A stretch of DNA of 64,000 bases from Emiliania huxleyi CCMP1516 (Eukaryota): contig NW_005202428.1 in the NCBI RefSeq assembly GCF_000372725.1, forward strand, positions 2,017,119 to 2,081,118. Reading direction: 5' to 3'. Position 1 is the first letter of the stretch. Each line of letters opens with the position of its first letter. This document shows positions 24,149 through 36,407 of the stretch, piece after piece. The notes below the pieces were generated by a model that worked only from the letters and a program-made list of their open reading frames with translations, was not told the DNA's origin and searched no databases. Made by a program: the position numbers and the translations under genes.

Positions 24149-24215
24149 CATCGGGGGGGGTCATAACACACACGGTACAGGATCGAGGAGGACGCCTTGC
24201 TGCTCCAGCCGGCAC

Positions 24216-24455
24216 ACCACCCTCAGCCACAGGAGCTAGTCGAGTTGGCACGCGCCTTCTACTACACCGTGCCCGCCGACGCCAAGGTGAAGCAGCTCGA
24301 CCACCCCAGCCCGAGCGGACAGGTCCGGCTGCTCTCGCGCGGCGCCTGCGCGGTTCTCTCTCCGATGGCTGCCCTCTTTCCGCGGCGTTAACGGCCAGGA
24401 GGTCATCAAGGCCGCGACTGCCCAGTTCCACCCGATTGTGCAGGGGTTCTACCTG
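24216..24455 (+). pseudogene. Inverted, degenerate partial copy of UBA1 next to an assembly gap
   Basis: [46 protein letters not shown] matches the reverse complement of about 31119-31345, with substitutions and indels. Confidence 0.8.
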
Positions 24456-24569
24456 NNNNNNNNNNNNNNNNNNNNNNNNNNNNNNNNNNNNNNNNNNNNN
24501 NNNNNNNNNNNNNNNNNNNNNNNNNNNNNNNNNNNNNNNNNNNNNNNNNNNNNNNGGCCCTCGAGCAGC

Positions 24570-25052
24570 GCGGGTTAGCGCCGGGTTAGTCTCGGGTTAG
24601 TGCCGGGTTAGTGCCGGGGGTTAGTGCCGGGTTAGTGCCGGGTGAGCGTCGGGTTATGGTAACCCGTTCTAACCCGTGCTGACCCGTGCTGGGTTAGTGT
24701 GGATTAACCCGTGTGGAACCCGCGCTAACCCGCGCTTACCGATACGCGATAGACTCACTCCATACACGCTCAACTTACCGATAACGGCGTTGCCGCGGAG
24801 AGCACCAAGGGGCAGCTGCAGCCAAGCCGTCCGAGGGAGAGACTAACCCGGGTTAGCGCCGGGTTAGTCTCGGGTTACCATAACCCATGCTGACGTATGC
24901 CCCCCAGCCGCATGGGTTAGTGCCGGGTTAGTGCCGGGTTAGTGCCGGGTTAGTGCCGGGTTAGTGCCGGGTTATGGTAACCCATTCTGACCCGTGCTGA
25001 CCCGTGCCGGGTTAGTGAGCACTAACCCGCGCTAACCCGCGCTTACCGATAG
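24570..25052. repeat. Telomere-like 11-bp (GGGTTAGTGCC)n arrays with inverted TAACCC units, arranged as two related blocks
   Basis: Blocks at 24570-24744 and 24849-25050 both start CGGGTTAGCGCCGGGTTAGTCTCGGGTTA and end CTAACCCGCGCTTACCGATA. Confidence 0.9.
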
Positions 25053-25094
25053 ACTCCCAAGAAAACCCCACCGGCGGCAAGAACCAACGGCCCA

Positions 25095-25734
25095 ATGCAC
25101 TCCTGCCTCGAGTCGCTCGAGTCCCGCCTCGCTGTCGAGCCGCATTCCGCGCTGCACCCCGTGAGCGCCCTCATTGGTGCGGCCGAAATCGACAGCTTGG
25201 TGCGGATCAAGTCCGCCGCGGTGGAGCGAAAGCCGCGCGCCTGCTGCGTGATCTGCCTGCAGCAGCCAAAGACGCCCGCAGCGCTCGCGCTCCTGCCGGC
25301 GCTGTGTGCGTCAAGCCAGCTCGACGCCTGCACCGACGTGGTGTGCGCCACCGTCTCGGCCTTGGTTCCCTCGTCTGCTCAGCTCCAGCGCAACGGCATC
25401 TCCCTCCTCCTCCGTTTCTGCGCCAAGCGCGTCGCTGCAGCCGCATTGGCGGCCGCCGGTGGCGGTAGCTCCCCCGCCGGCGGCGAGGCTGCGAGCTGCG
25501 CGCGGATGATCGGGAGGATCAGCGCCGCCATCGCTGCTCAGCTCTCCCTCGACCCTCGACGTGCTCGTTGCCTCCTCGACGTGCTGCACGACGGTCTGCG
25601 CCAGCAAAAGATGTCGCGCAGCAGCGGCTCCCCCACTCCGCGGTTCGGTCTCACACCGCTCGCGCCGCTCGCGCGACTCGCCTCGCTTCTCACGGCCCGC
25701 CGCCACGCCGCCGCAGTGGTCGCCGCTCTGTCGA

Positions 25735-25786
<52 letters not shown>

Positions 25787-27355
25787 CGGCGCTCGCCGGC
25801 TCAAGCGAAGCGCGAGTGCAATGCTCGGGGAGGGTGCGGCGCGTGGCTCAGAGCTTGCGGCCGCGGAGGGGGCGGACGAGGCGCTGGTCGAGTGCCTGCG
25901 CGTCGTTGCGGCTGCCGACCGCACTGCGGCCGAGTTTGCTCCCCTCACGTTTGCACAAGTGGCGGGGCTCGTCCCTGCGGGCGGCAGTCGCGAGTCGGGA
26001 CGCGGCGCCGGTGCCGGTGCTGCCGCCAGTGCTGCGTCCGCTGTCGGTGCCGGCGGAGGCGGCGGCAGTGGTGGTGGCGGCGATGGTGGCGTCGGCGGAG
26101 GCGGTGCTTCCGTCAGCGGCGGCGACGTTGGCGGCGGCGGTGGGGTCACCCTCTGGGGCGGTGGGGTCACCCTCTGGGGGCAGGCACGCGCGGAGGTGCT
26201 GCAGCTCATCTCTGCGCACCTCGCGCCCATGCTCGTGGCTACCTCGGGCGCGCCGGACGCTGACGAGGAGGAGGCGGCTGCGAGAGGGGCAGGAGCAGAG
26301 GAGGGCGGAGGGGTGGGCGGGGAGGGGCGAGGAGCCTCGGACGGAACGCTCTCGCCTCTTTCGTTGGCCTCGCGGCTGGCGATACGGCGCGCCGCCGCCG
26401 CCCCGCTCGCCACTGCCCCCCCCCCCCCCCCCCCCTCTGTTCGCTCCCCTCTGCCCTCCCGTCCCGGACCGCTCGCCCTGCGGCGCTGTCCTTGAAGCCA
26501 AGCACCGGGCGGCGCGCGTTCGCAGGCGCGCGGCGGAGCTGTGGGCGTGCGGCACCATCGACCCGCACGCCGCGTGGGACGCTGTGGCCTCCACTTGCCT
26601 CGCCTCCCCCTACCACGCTGCCGCCGAGGGGGGAGGCGATGTGCCCGCCGATGAGTTGCCGCTCTTGCTAGCTGCGCTGGTCGAGGCTGCCGATCCGGCC
26701 GTCACCGCCGCCACCGCCGTCACCGCCGCCGCCACCGCCGCCGCCGTCACCGTCACCGCAGGCAGCGGTGGCAACGGCAGTATGGCGGTGGCTTCCTCCT
26801 TGCCCTCCGAGGCGGCCGTGATGCTGCTGGCTGAGGCGCTCTCGCGCCCGCCTCCGGCTGTCTGCGGCAGCTGCCCTGGCAGGCACGAGGGGGGTGCGCC
26901 GTTGCCGCTGGCGGCGTGGGTGGCTGCGGCCGAGCTGCTGCTGGTTCGCTGCTCGTCGCTCGAGAGACGGCGACGCGTCAGCCGCCCAGCCCAAGCCCCA
27001 GACGACGCGACTACCCGCTCACTCGAGAGCCTGCTGTGCCTTCCGCTGCGGGCGTGCGCCGAGCAGATCGCCGGTGCGGCGGCGGCGAGCGGCGGCGGCG
27101 GCGGCGGCGAGGCGACGGCGGAGCAGCGAGTGGGCGGCTTGTGGCAGCCGGCGCTGCGGATGCTGTGGGCGGCGGCATTGCGCCAGCTCTCAGCTGCGGA
27201 TCGGCACGTGCCCGCGCTCGAGGTGCTGCTTCGCGCTGCCGCGCCTCTGCTCCCCGCCAGCTGGAGGTGGCGCACGCAGCGCACAGCCCCGTCAAACACA
27301 CACTCGCACACACACACGCACACGCACACGCACACGCACACGCACACGCACACGC

Positions 27356-27408
<53 letters not shown>

Positions 27409-27814
27409 ACACCACACCACACCACAACTCACACACACACAGTGACGCACCTCTCCTTACCCTCACCCCAGGTGGCGTGGCGACGCGGGTGACTTTGCTT
27501 TCCTTCTGGTTCCAGCCGAGGTAGCGACCCGCTGCTGCGCCGTCTCGCACCTCTACCTGTCGCCGCTGCTCCCCCTGATGACGCGGCGGGACGCGCAGCG
27601 CGTGCTCCACGCGTGCGCACTCCGCGCTTGCGGCGGCAGCCGCCACGCCTCTGCCGTTGGGCTCCTGCCCCAGGTGCTGCAGGGCGGCGGCGGCGGCGGC
27701 CCTTCCGCCGCTCACCCACCCCCACCGTCTGTGGCCACGAGTGCACTTGCTCTCCTGCCGAAGCTGTATGGGCGCGCCGCGACGCAGGTGCCACTCTTTG
27801 GTGCGCTAAGGTAG
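25095..27814 (+). CDS. Hypothetical Ala/Gly/Leu-rich protein, probably helical-repeat, multi-exon
   Basis: Long coding-like ORFs 25095-26415 and about 26495-27270, with the frame change at a poly-C tract or intron, and a final exon after about 27521; no family recognised. Confidence 0.55.
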
Positions 27815-28037
27815 TTCTCCGCTCTAATTGTTTTTTCGCCGCGTTGCGGCGATATCGCGAAACATTGTCGACCGGCGCGTACTGGGTACTCCTTCGCGCG
27901 CGTCGCGGCTCGCGCACACTATGGCGCACACGCGCCGACAACCCACAACGACAACCCGGCTCAGCCGTCAGCGCACGAGATATGTGGAGATGAGACTGCT
28001 GACTGGCGAGCGTGCGCCCAGCGCTAGTTTGCGCTCG

Positions 28038-31000
28038 TCAGTCGAACTGCAGCACGATGGTGGCGACCGTGGCATCATCGCCCTCGACGGTCTGGAAGAT
28101 GGCACCCGACAGCTCATAGAAGGCCATCTTGCTCGTGTCGGCGCCCGTCTTTGAGGCGATCAGCTGCGGCAGCGGCGTCGCGAGGTTGGCGTCGGCGTCG
28201 CCAATCGAGCGGCTGCTCGAGAAGACGCTCACCGACTTTGAGCCTGACGCGGGGAGGTGTGCCGGGCGTGAGCGCTCCAACAGGAAGGGCGCGAGCGCGC
28301 GCGTGCGCGCCGTGCATCAGCGTCAGCTCCGTGAGCACGAGTTGGTGGTGCGTCGTGAACCAGGAGCGCAGCGCCTCGAGGGTCATGCTCGCCGCGCCGG
28401 GGACGGGGATCTGGTCCCAGAGCGAGTGCCCTTCGGGGTACGCAACCTCGTCCACGTCCATGTACATGTCCGGGTCCCACCGCTGCCCCGACTTGATCTT
28501 TGCGCACGCCATCGGCTCCGACAACGACAGGAGCGGCCCTGGCAGCGCCAGGTTCGCGAAGAGGTTGCGCCGGCGATCGAGCGGCTTGCCCGCGACCTCC
28601 TTGTACAACTCGAGCAGCACGAAGCCCGTCGCCATCGCCGTGGCGGTCGCGATGGCCGGGATGATGCGGCCCGCCTTGAGCTTGGCTTGGAACTTGTCGA
28701 TCTCGTCGATCGCATAGTTGCGCGCGCGCAAGTTACCAAAGGCGGAGATAAAGTCCATGTGGAAATTGGTGTCGTCGTCCTACGCTCCCGAACGGCGCCG
28801 CGTCTCAGTGAGCGGCTCCAGCGCCTCCTCTCAGCGCAGGGCCGCTCTCCTTTTCGAACTCGTTGGCGACCACCTTGAAGCCCGCCGGCAGCGAGCCGCG
28901 CGCAGCCGCCAGCTCGGCGGTGGCCGCGGCGATCTTCTGCTCGTCGGGGATGGCCTCCGCGGCGGCCTTGGCCTTGCGCCGCTCGTCCTCCTCCTTGTTG
29001 TCCGTCTCGATGGAGGCGTCCATCGCCGGCGTGAAGGGAGGCACCTGCAGTCTCGCACGCGACCCCTCTCAGATGCGCGGGCGCGGCCGTCGAGGGCCTC
29101 GAGAAGGCGGGCGGGCGCACCGCCGCGTCCGGCGTGGCGAGCAGCGCCCGCACCTCGCTCTCCCCCCACGCGTCCGGCGAGGGCGGGGCGAGGCCGAAGA
29201 GGTGCGCGCGCAGCCGCGCCGCCGCCAGCACGAACTGCATATGCAGCGGGTCGCCCAGGTCGAAGGCGAGGGGTCGGGGCAGCCGCTTGGGCGGCGACCA
29301 GAAGGGGACGCCTTGGGAGGTGATTGCGTCGGGCGGGAAGTTGAAGAGGAGCTGCGCGATCCTGCAGGGATTGCTCAGGGAACGGGTCGGGCAGGGCTTC
29401 AGGGACGGGTCAGGGACGGGTGAGGAAGTTGAGAAGAGCTTGCGCGATCAAGCTGCGCCGGGCGGGGCGGGCTGCGGGCGGGAGGGGCGTCGCCGCGCGC
29501 GGGGTACGAAGGGGGGGCGGGCGCACCGGTTGTGAAAGTACGTCTCGAAGCGGCGGCGCGCCCAGCCGACGCACTGCGCAAAGGTGGTGGCACGCTCGGC
29601 GACGAGGACGTCGATGCAGCCGCCGGGCGCGCCGCAGGTGACGCGCACGTCTCCGCGGAGCTTGTCGAGGATGGACTCGTCGTTCTCGCCGGCGGCGCGC
29701 AGCTCGGCCACCCACTCTGGCCCCTTTGCGAGGAAGTCGGACACCTCGCGCGGCGCGGTGTCGAAGTTGCCCACGAACTCCGAGTGGGCGAGCACGAGGC
29801 ACCTACGTCAAGAGTACACCGAACGTCAGGCATGCGGTATCGTGCCGTGTTTTCGGAGCTTCGCGCGAATACTCGACGGCCACGACTACAGCGGAATGCA
29901 GCGGAGTGCTGCGGAGTGCAGCGGAGTACAGCGGAGTGCAGTGGAACACAGCGGAATCGTGTCCTATCGAGTGCTAATCGGGATAAAGCGATCTGTTTTC
30001 CGCATCTAGGGCGAGGCACTGGTCGATGTTGTGTGGGAAGTTGTGCACGGCGCACTGTGGCGCCTGCGAAGCGGCGACGAAGGCGGGGGCGGCGTGGGGG
30101 GAGGAGAGGGCGGCGGCGGTGCGGGCGGCGGACCCGGCGGAGGTGGGCTGGGTGGCGGCGATGGTGGCGGGGGCGAGGGAGGTGGCGAGGGATGCGGAGG
30201 GGCGGTGGCGGCGGCGAGGGGTGTGGTGGGGAGGGCGGCGGTGGCGAGAGGCGCCTGCTTCTCGGGCGGGTCGCGCGAGGCGCCGTAGTTTTCCGTGCGG
30301 TGCGGCAGCACGACCTGCGTGTTGCACTTTGCGCCGAGCGTGCCCGACTCGAGCAGCGGCTTTGTGAAGAGGACGCAGCGGCCGTCGACGTAGAGACGCG
30401 CCTGCAGGACGGTTGCAAGAAGCTTCAGGGAGGGATCCGATCCTGTGTCGGGGGGCGCGCGCGGGTGGCGGGCGGACGGCGCGGGTGGGAGGGGCGGGCC
30501 GCCGCCACTCGCGCGCGCGCGCGCGCGCGGCACCGCTCTGAGGCGCGCGGCTCTGAGGCGCGCGGCGGCGCGCCTTGACGTTGTCGAGCGCGTTCACCAC
30601 CACGTCGAGGGAGCGCCAGAAGGGCGCGTCGAAGACGCCCTCTGTCTCCGGCGCGACGCGGTCCTGCAGCGCGCGCGCGTGCAGCTCCGGGTTCATCCGC
30701 GTGACGGCCTGCGCACACGGGCGACGCGAACACTCAGCGCCGGGCGGCCGGACAGAGGGCCGGGCGGCGCCGCCCCGTGCGGCCGGGCCGCCTGCACGGC
30801 GGAGAGCGACTTGGACTGGCCCACGTTGTGGTTTCGGAAGAGGAACTGGCGCGACAAGTTCGACTTTTCGATAATGTCGTCGTCGGTGACGGCGAGCTTG
30901 CCGCCGTCGCCGCACGCGACGCCGAGCATGGCGAAGCCCTTGAGGAACTCACAGCCGAGCGCGCCCGAGCCGACCAAAAAGACGTTGAGCTCGCGCAGCT

Positions 31001-32399
31001 TGCCGACGAAGGATCTGCCAAAGACGGCCGCCTGTGCCGCGTACCTCCCCGCCGCGTGCAGCGCCTCGGCAGACACCTCGCCCGGGGGGAGCGACTCGGG
31101 CGCGCACTCGAGCGCGTCCAGGTAGAAGCCCTGCACAATCGGGTGGAACTTGCCCGTCGCGGCCTTGATGACCTCCTGGCCGACTACGCCGCCGAAGATG
31201 GCCGCCATCGGAGAGAGAACCGCGCAGGCGCCGCGCGAGAGCAGCCGGACCACTCCGCTCCGGCTCGGGTCGTCGAGCTGCTTCACCTTGGCGTCGGCGG
31301 GCGCCGTGTCGTTGATGCCGCGCGCCAAGCCGAGCAGCTCCTCGGCCGCCGCGTCGTCCGCCGGCGGAGGCAGCGCGCCGCCGTGTGCCGCGCGGTAGGC
31401 GTCGAGCGCGCGGAAGGCGAGGTGCAGCAGCCCGGAGCGGCCGTAGCAGACGTTGGCCGCCGGGCTGCCCATGACCGTCAAGAACTCCTCCTCAAACGCG
31501 ACGGCGGCGGGCGCCATCTTGGACTCGTCCGCCTCCGCTAGCTCGCCGGGCAGCGCGAGAAAGTCGGAGAGGGGGCGAAACGAGAGGCGCTTTGGCTGCC
31601 TGCTCTCGGTCACGATGCCGCCGCGCGTGTACTCGCCGCCGAGCTGCTGCGCCGCAGGCACCGTCACGCTGAAGCGCTTCTTGCCCTTGGAGACGTCCGA
31701 GACGGGCAGCGCTCCGGCGCCGTTGAGGCCAGTCATGCCGCACACCTCGGAGAAGGAGATGTGATCTCCGTCGTCGAGATCGAGGGGCTCGTCGTCGACG
31801 CACTGGATGGTCAGCTTCGTCTCGCCCGAGGCGCTCGTCCCGGCCACGTCCACCCGCTCCACAATGGCGGACTTGACCGCCTCGCCAGTCGGGTCGACGC
31901 ACACAAACTCGGGGCCGAGGTCGACAAAGACCGAGCCGCAGAGGCCGCGGACGTCGGCGCGGAGGAACGCGATCGGAGGCGAGGCGGCGCGGCAGAGGGC
32001 GTCCAGCTTGACGGCGTCCGCCTCCGCCATGTCGATCGCCACCACCACGTTCCACTCTGCCAGCCGCTGAGTCGGGAACGTGCCGCTGAGCGCCGCCACG
32101 CGGACCGACGGGTTGAGCTCTTGCATGAGCTGCACACACGCCTCGGCGCGGTTCCGGCCGACATCTGCCGCGCTGAGGTAAAAGTGCGAGCCCAGATCCG
32201 CCGGCGCGGCGGCGCAGGCGTCGTGCAGCGTCACCGAGTTGACGTTGGCGAGAATCACATTCTTTGCGACCTCGGCGCCCAGGCCGTTTAGGCCAGAGAT
32301 GAGCACGTTCGCACGCTTGAGGTTCTGCATCGCCTCGCGGCCATACACTGCCATCTGGCGCGACTGCAGGTCCTCATCAATGGCGGGCACGTCGGACAT
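28038..32399 (-). CDS. UBA1: Ubiquitin-activating enzyme E1, about 9 exons
   Basis: [85 protein letters not shown], catalytic [49 protein letters not shown]. Confidence 0.97.
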
Positions 32400-32687
32400 G
32401 GTGATCGGTCTGGCGCCGCGGACAAAAAAAGTGCTTTGATTACTAGGTAGTAAAAGGGCCCTTGTGTCGCTGGTGCGCTTGCTCCTTCTTTGAAGCTATT
32501 TACATACCACCTCACGGCGGTCACGCTGGATGGAAGTGGCGAATCGATGCGAGCGCGCCGCGTGCTCCACGCGCGGCGCGCTCGTATCGACTTGGAGTCC
32601 AATGCGCGCAGCGGGTAGCACCTCGGGAGCTCGCTCTACCCGGGATGCGGAGAACTGCCCACAGGAGCGAGAATGTTCGCCGGCAAA

Positions 32688-32820
32688 TCGCCCCTCCACC
32701 CTTCATGTAATCATGTAGTCCCCACAATCAAATGCCGATCATCTGGCCCGCTGGGTGCGCTTCTTAGCTCCCCGGCCCTGGATGTGCGGCTGCTAACTGC
32801 ACTCCAAGTGCTCCAAGGGC
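32688..32820 (+). mobile_element. Stacked retroposon 3' ends: family E (3' UTR of the RLE element) followed by family A
   Basis: GCCCCTCCACCCTTCA..CATGTAGTCCCCACAATC matches the reverse complement of 41080-41131; 32735-32820 matches the reverse complement of 4807-4900. Confidence 0.75.
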
Positions 32821-33148
32821 AACCGCAGGAAAGCTCATTGCGGGTCAGATTCGCGATGGCTGTGACCTGTGAGCTGTGTGGTATTTCTTCTCAATAACAA
32901 GGCTGTGAAGAACGACTGAGATACGCTGGTCGCTGCTTCTGCAGCCCCCTGGCCGCCACTTCTTGGTGTCCAAGCAAGCAAGCGAAAGAACCAACAAGCA
33001 CGACTGTCTGCCAGCAGCGTCACGCCAGCGTGTGTGCAAACGCAGCGCTAAGCAGGCTCTATAAGAAGCGTGTTTGTTGTTATGTGTTGTCTGTGTGTGG
33101 TGGGAGGCGGACTATGCCGTTTCTCCGGCCCCATTATGCCCCATGGCG

Positions 33149-34586
33149 CAGAGTGATTCTGAGATCAGGTTAGTCGTTTCCCCTTTGGAGGCAGACATTT
33201 CAGAAAGCGAATCCCAGGCCGCATCTCCCCGCTCGAAGCGGGGAACCCGTCCCGGGCGCCCGCTGGAAGCGGGGGGGCGCCCGCTCGAAGCGGGGGCGCC
33301 CGCTCGAAGCGGGGGCGGCGCAGGCTGCCACCGCTGCCCGGGCGCGCCGAGCGGCGGCGGAGGGCCGCCCAGGCCACCACCAGTGCCTCTCCCACCGGCG
33401 GCGCGGCGGCAGTGGCGCCGACCGCCCCTCCATCAGCGGCGGCGCGAGGCTGTCGTCGGGACGCCGGCAGGTGACGCGCGAATAGGGTGCCACCGGACCG
33501 GCCGACGAGCACCCAGCGGAGCCGTCATCGTGCATGGCGAGCCGAGCACCGCCGCGTCGCTTCTCGGCGCATTGGAGAGCAGAGGAAGCTGCTGGCGTCG
33601 CGGCTGGGATCGGCAGCGGCGCCAGCAGCTTTCTCGGATCTGAAGCGACTTTGAGCGCCGATCGATCGATCTGAGGGCTGACCGATGGGCGGCGCTGGGA
33701 GGAAGACCGCGCCACCCGTCGGCCAGCCCTCAGCTCCGCGACGGCGACTCGATAGTCGTGGCCGGCGCTCGGCTGCCACTCTAAGCTGTGCCGCCAGGCG
33801 CTCCTGGAACCGTGACGTCACTTCTTATGGATGCGGCACTAGGGACGCCCAATGTTTTCGTAAATATAGAAGCCACTCTCTCGCGTGTGGAAGCCACGAC
33901 TGCGTAGTCGTGCTCCCCCGGAGCACGCCATAGAGCGCCGGTTTTGTGTACCGGGCGCACCCGCAGCCGTACACACCACTGCTGCCACTGCCAGGGGGTC
34001 GCCGCAGGCGCCCCAAGCGGCGCGGAGCGCCGCCGCAGGCGGCGGACAGCAGGTGCGCAAAATTAAACGCCATTTTCGGTTCCGCAGTTTTGCCACTAAC
34101 GTCGAAATCCTGTACAAATCGAGACTTACGAGAGCCGAGCCTCCCACGAAAACCACAGAGGGGCGCGCGGACAGCGCGCCGCCAGGGGCGCCGCAGGCGC
34201 CTCAAGCGGTGCGGAGCGCCGCCACAGGCGGCGGACAGCAGGTGCGCGAAATTAAACGCCATTTTCGGTTCCGCGGTTTTGGCACTGTCTACCAACTTTG
34301 TGGTACAAATCGACTTGCACTTGGTCTGAGCCCTGCGCTGCGTTTGAGCCTCCATTCTGAAAGTGTACGTAGAAGGGAAGGCAGCAGGTCCGGCTTGCGA
34401 ACTCCGCTGTGCGCCGACAAGCGGTATGGCGCCGAGTAGAGGCCATTTTCCTATTAGAAAAGGCTGTCGAGAGCGCAAAATTTTCTTCGCTGCGCGCCCA
34501 ACCATGGTGGGCACGCAGCGGGCGCCTGCGGCGCCAAATTTTTGAAATGTCTGCCAGTCGCCCAACCTGATCTCAGAATCACTCCG
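33149..34586. mobile_element. About 1.44-kb non-autonomous TIR element
   Basis: GAGTGATTCTGAGATCAGGTT at 33151-33171 and its reverse complement at 34564-34584; inner inverted motif GGCAGACATTTCA; internal hairpin repeats and a ~108-bp direct repeat. No TSD identified. Confidence 0.8.
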
Positions 34587-34658
34587 CATCCGCCGTTTCT
34601 TTTTTTTTTTGACTCTCACTGGGTGGCAACGGACACTAGAATTCATCCGCCCGCTCAC

Positions 34659-35558
34659 TCACGGCGCCGAGCTTGCTGGCACGGAGCCGATGAAACTCGC
34701 AAGGTGCGCGCGGTTAAGCTCCGCCTGGGCCGCGAGAGAGGCCCATCCCTCCTGCGGCGGCGGCTCGACGATGGACCGGTCGATTGCAGGGGGCGCGGGC
34801 TGCTCCTCCATGTTGGGTAGGTGTCGGTCGCGCAGGCTGTTGTTTAGTAACCTACCGGGAGGCAGCGGCTGCACGCCGAGGAATGCTTGCAACTGGCGAA
34901 GCACGCCTGGTGCCTCGGGCCCCGCGAGTTGCTCGTACGGCACGTGAAACACGGGCACCCCATCGGCCTCCTGCCGGTGGCACCACTTCTCGTTGCGACT
35001 GTTCGTTGAGCGCAAGGCGTAGGCCATCAACTCAACCTCCCTCGACGGAATGACCGTGCTCTGTGACTTTTGCGTCGCCTCCCACGCGTGGACAGCTTGC
35101 CAAAAGACGTTCTTGCGATAGCTGCAGACGATCCGAAGTCTGTGGCGCGCAATGAAGGGCTGCGTCGCCCCGGGCGGCAGCTTCCACGGCTGGAGGCGGA
35201 TCCCCACCGCGTCCACATATCTCCCGGGCTGTCCGGGCTTGGTTCGAGCCGCGCCAAAGAAGGAACGCTCACTCCACGCCACGACGCGTGGGTCGCCAAG
35301 GTTGCACCTGCAGCTGCACACATTCGGCACGCGCCACCCACCGCTGCAGTTGAAGCTTGCCACTTGCGGGTGCGCGTTGAGCAGATCTCCAAGGACCTTT
35401 GCTCCGGGATCGTTCGAGTCAGCGGCGGCGATGAGGAAGCGAACTCCCGGCGCACGGGCAACCGGTGTCGCGTTGCTCGGCAAGCCGCCAAACGAAGAGA
35501 AGAGATTTTCAGAAGCCTCTCTCTCTCCAAACAATGAGCCGAACCAGCTCCAGCTCAT
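34659..35558 (-). CDS. Sulfotransferase-fold protein (Stf0/Golgi-type-like), intronless
   Basis: RFLIAA..VLGDLLNAHPQV, AVGIRL, RIVCSYRKNVFWQAVH, FHVPYEQL, LRQLQAFLGV resemble Stf0-like sulfotransferases. Confidence 0.7.
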   Translation of the reverse strand: MSWSWFGSLFGEREASENLFSSFGGLPSNATPVARAPGVRFLIAAADSNDPGAKVLGDLLNAHPQVASFNCSGGWRVPNVCSCRCNLGDPRVVAWSERSFFGAARTKPGQPGRYVDAVGIRLQPWKLPPGATQPFIARHRLRIVCSYRKNVFWQAVHAWEATQKSQSTVIPSREVELMAYALRSTNSRNEKWCHRQEADGVPVFHVPYEQLAGPEAPGVLRQLQAFLGVQPLPPGRLLNNSLRDRHLPNMEEQPAPPAIDRSIVEPPPQEGWASLAAQAELNRAHLASFIGSVPASSAP

Positions 35559-36407
35559 GGCCGAGAGAGGCGGCGATTGTCGCGGCACGCTCGACGCCGC
35601 CAAACTTGAACTTTTTGGTATATGGTCCGACACATCTAAAGTGGAAGGGTGGGGTAGGGGAGAAGTACTCTTGAGGGAAACATTGGACCGTCAGGCCCCG
35701 GGGACTGGCCAGCCCGACTGACACAACCTTCAGGAACACCATTTTGCGGTCCTGAGCGGCCGTCTCGGAGCAGAAGCTTCCCTGCCTCCTTACTTAGCCA
35801 TGTTGCGGTGCCCTCGTGCCATCTGGTCCACGCACTGCTCGCAAGTAAAGCGTCTTCACAGGTCGGCAGATACGCCTCACCTTCGAAAGGGTGGCTGCCT
35901 ACCCCAACCAAAGCCCAGCCCGGGGCATCGATTTCTCTTGACGATTTCACTTTAAAACGCTGGTGCAGATGGGGTTTTCTCTATAGAAGTCGGAGCCTTG
36001 CGTCCAAGGAGAGGCAGCGTGCGGCTCCGTGGACTCGGCCATCTCCCGCGGGTGAGAGGGCGAGAGGAAGCACTCCCGCCCTCTGAGGCGGCCGTCCGAG
36101 TCGGGGAGGCAAACACACAACCATCCTCGCGGGTGTGGGCGGCCTTATCGGCCCGCTATGCTAACCCAAAGTCGGCCCTTCCTCGCGGTCGGCTGCGGAG
36201 GCCCCTTAGCCCTAGCCGGAGCTAAGGGAGCCGACTTTTTCGGCGCTAACCCTAGGAGAAACCGCTCCGGAATAGGGTTACCGGCACCATCGGGCGGCGC
36301 CATGCGGATGGAGGGAGTCGGGTCTGCCATCGGCGGGCCGTCAGGGCGCTGAGAAGTCAAGGACGACTTTTTAGCTCCACTTTCGGCGTGCCGGAGTATA
36401 TATTTTT

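Noticed and set aside
24570..25052. Possible CRISPR array or true telomere
   Set aside because: Units are 11 bp with no unique spacers and there are no cas genes; the GGGTTA cores are interrupted and internal to the scaffold.
33825..34658. 277-aa ORF with an internal repeat
   Set aside because: Lies inside the TIR element's direct repeats and has no transposase motifs; probably non-coding.
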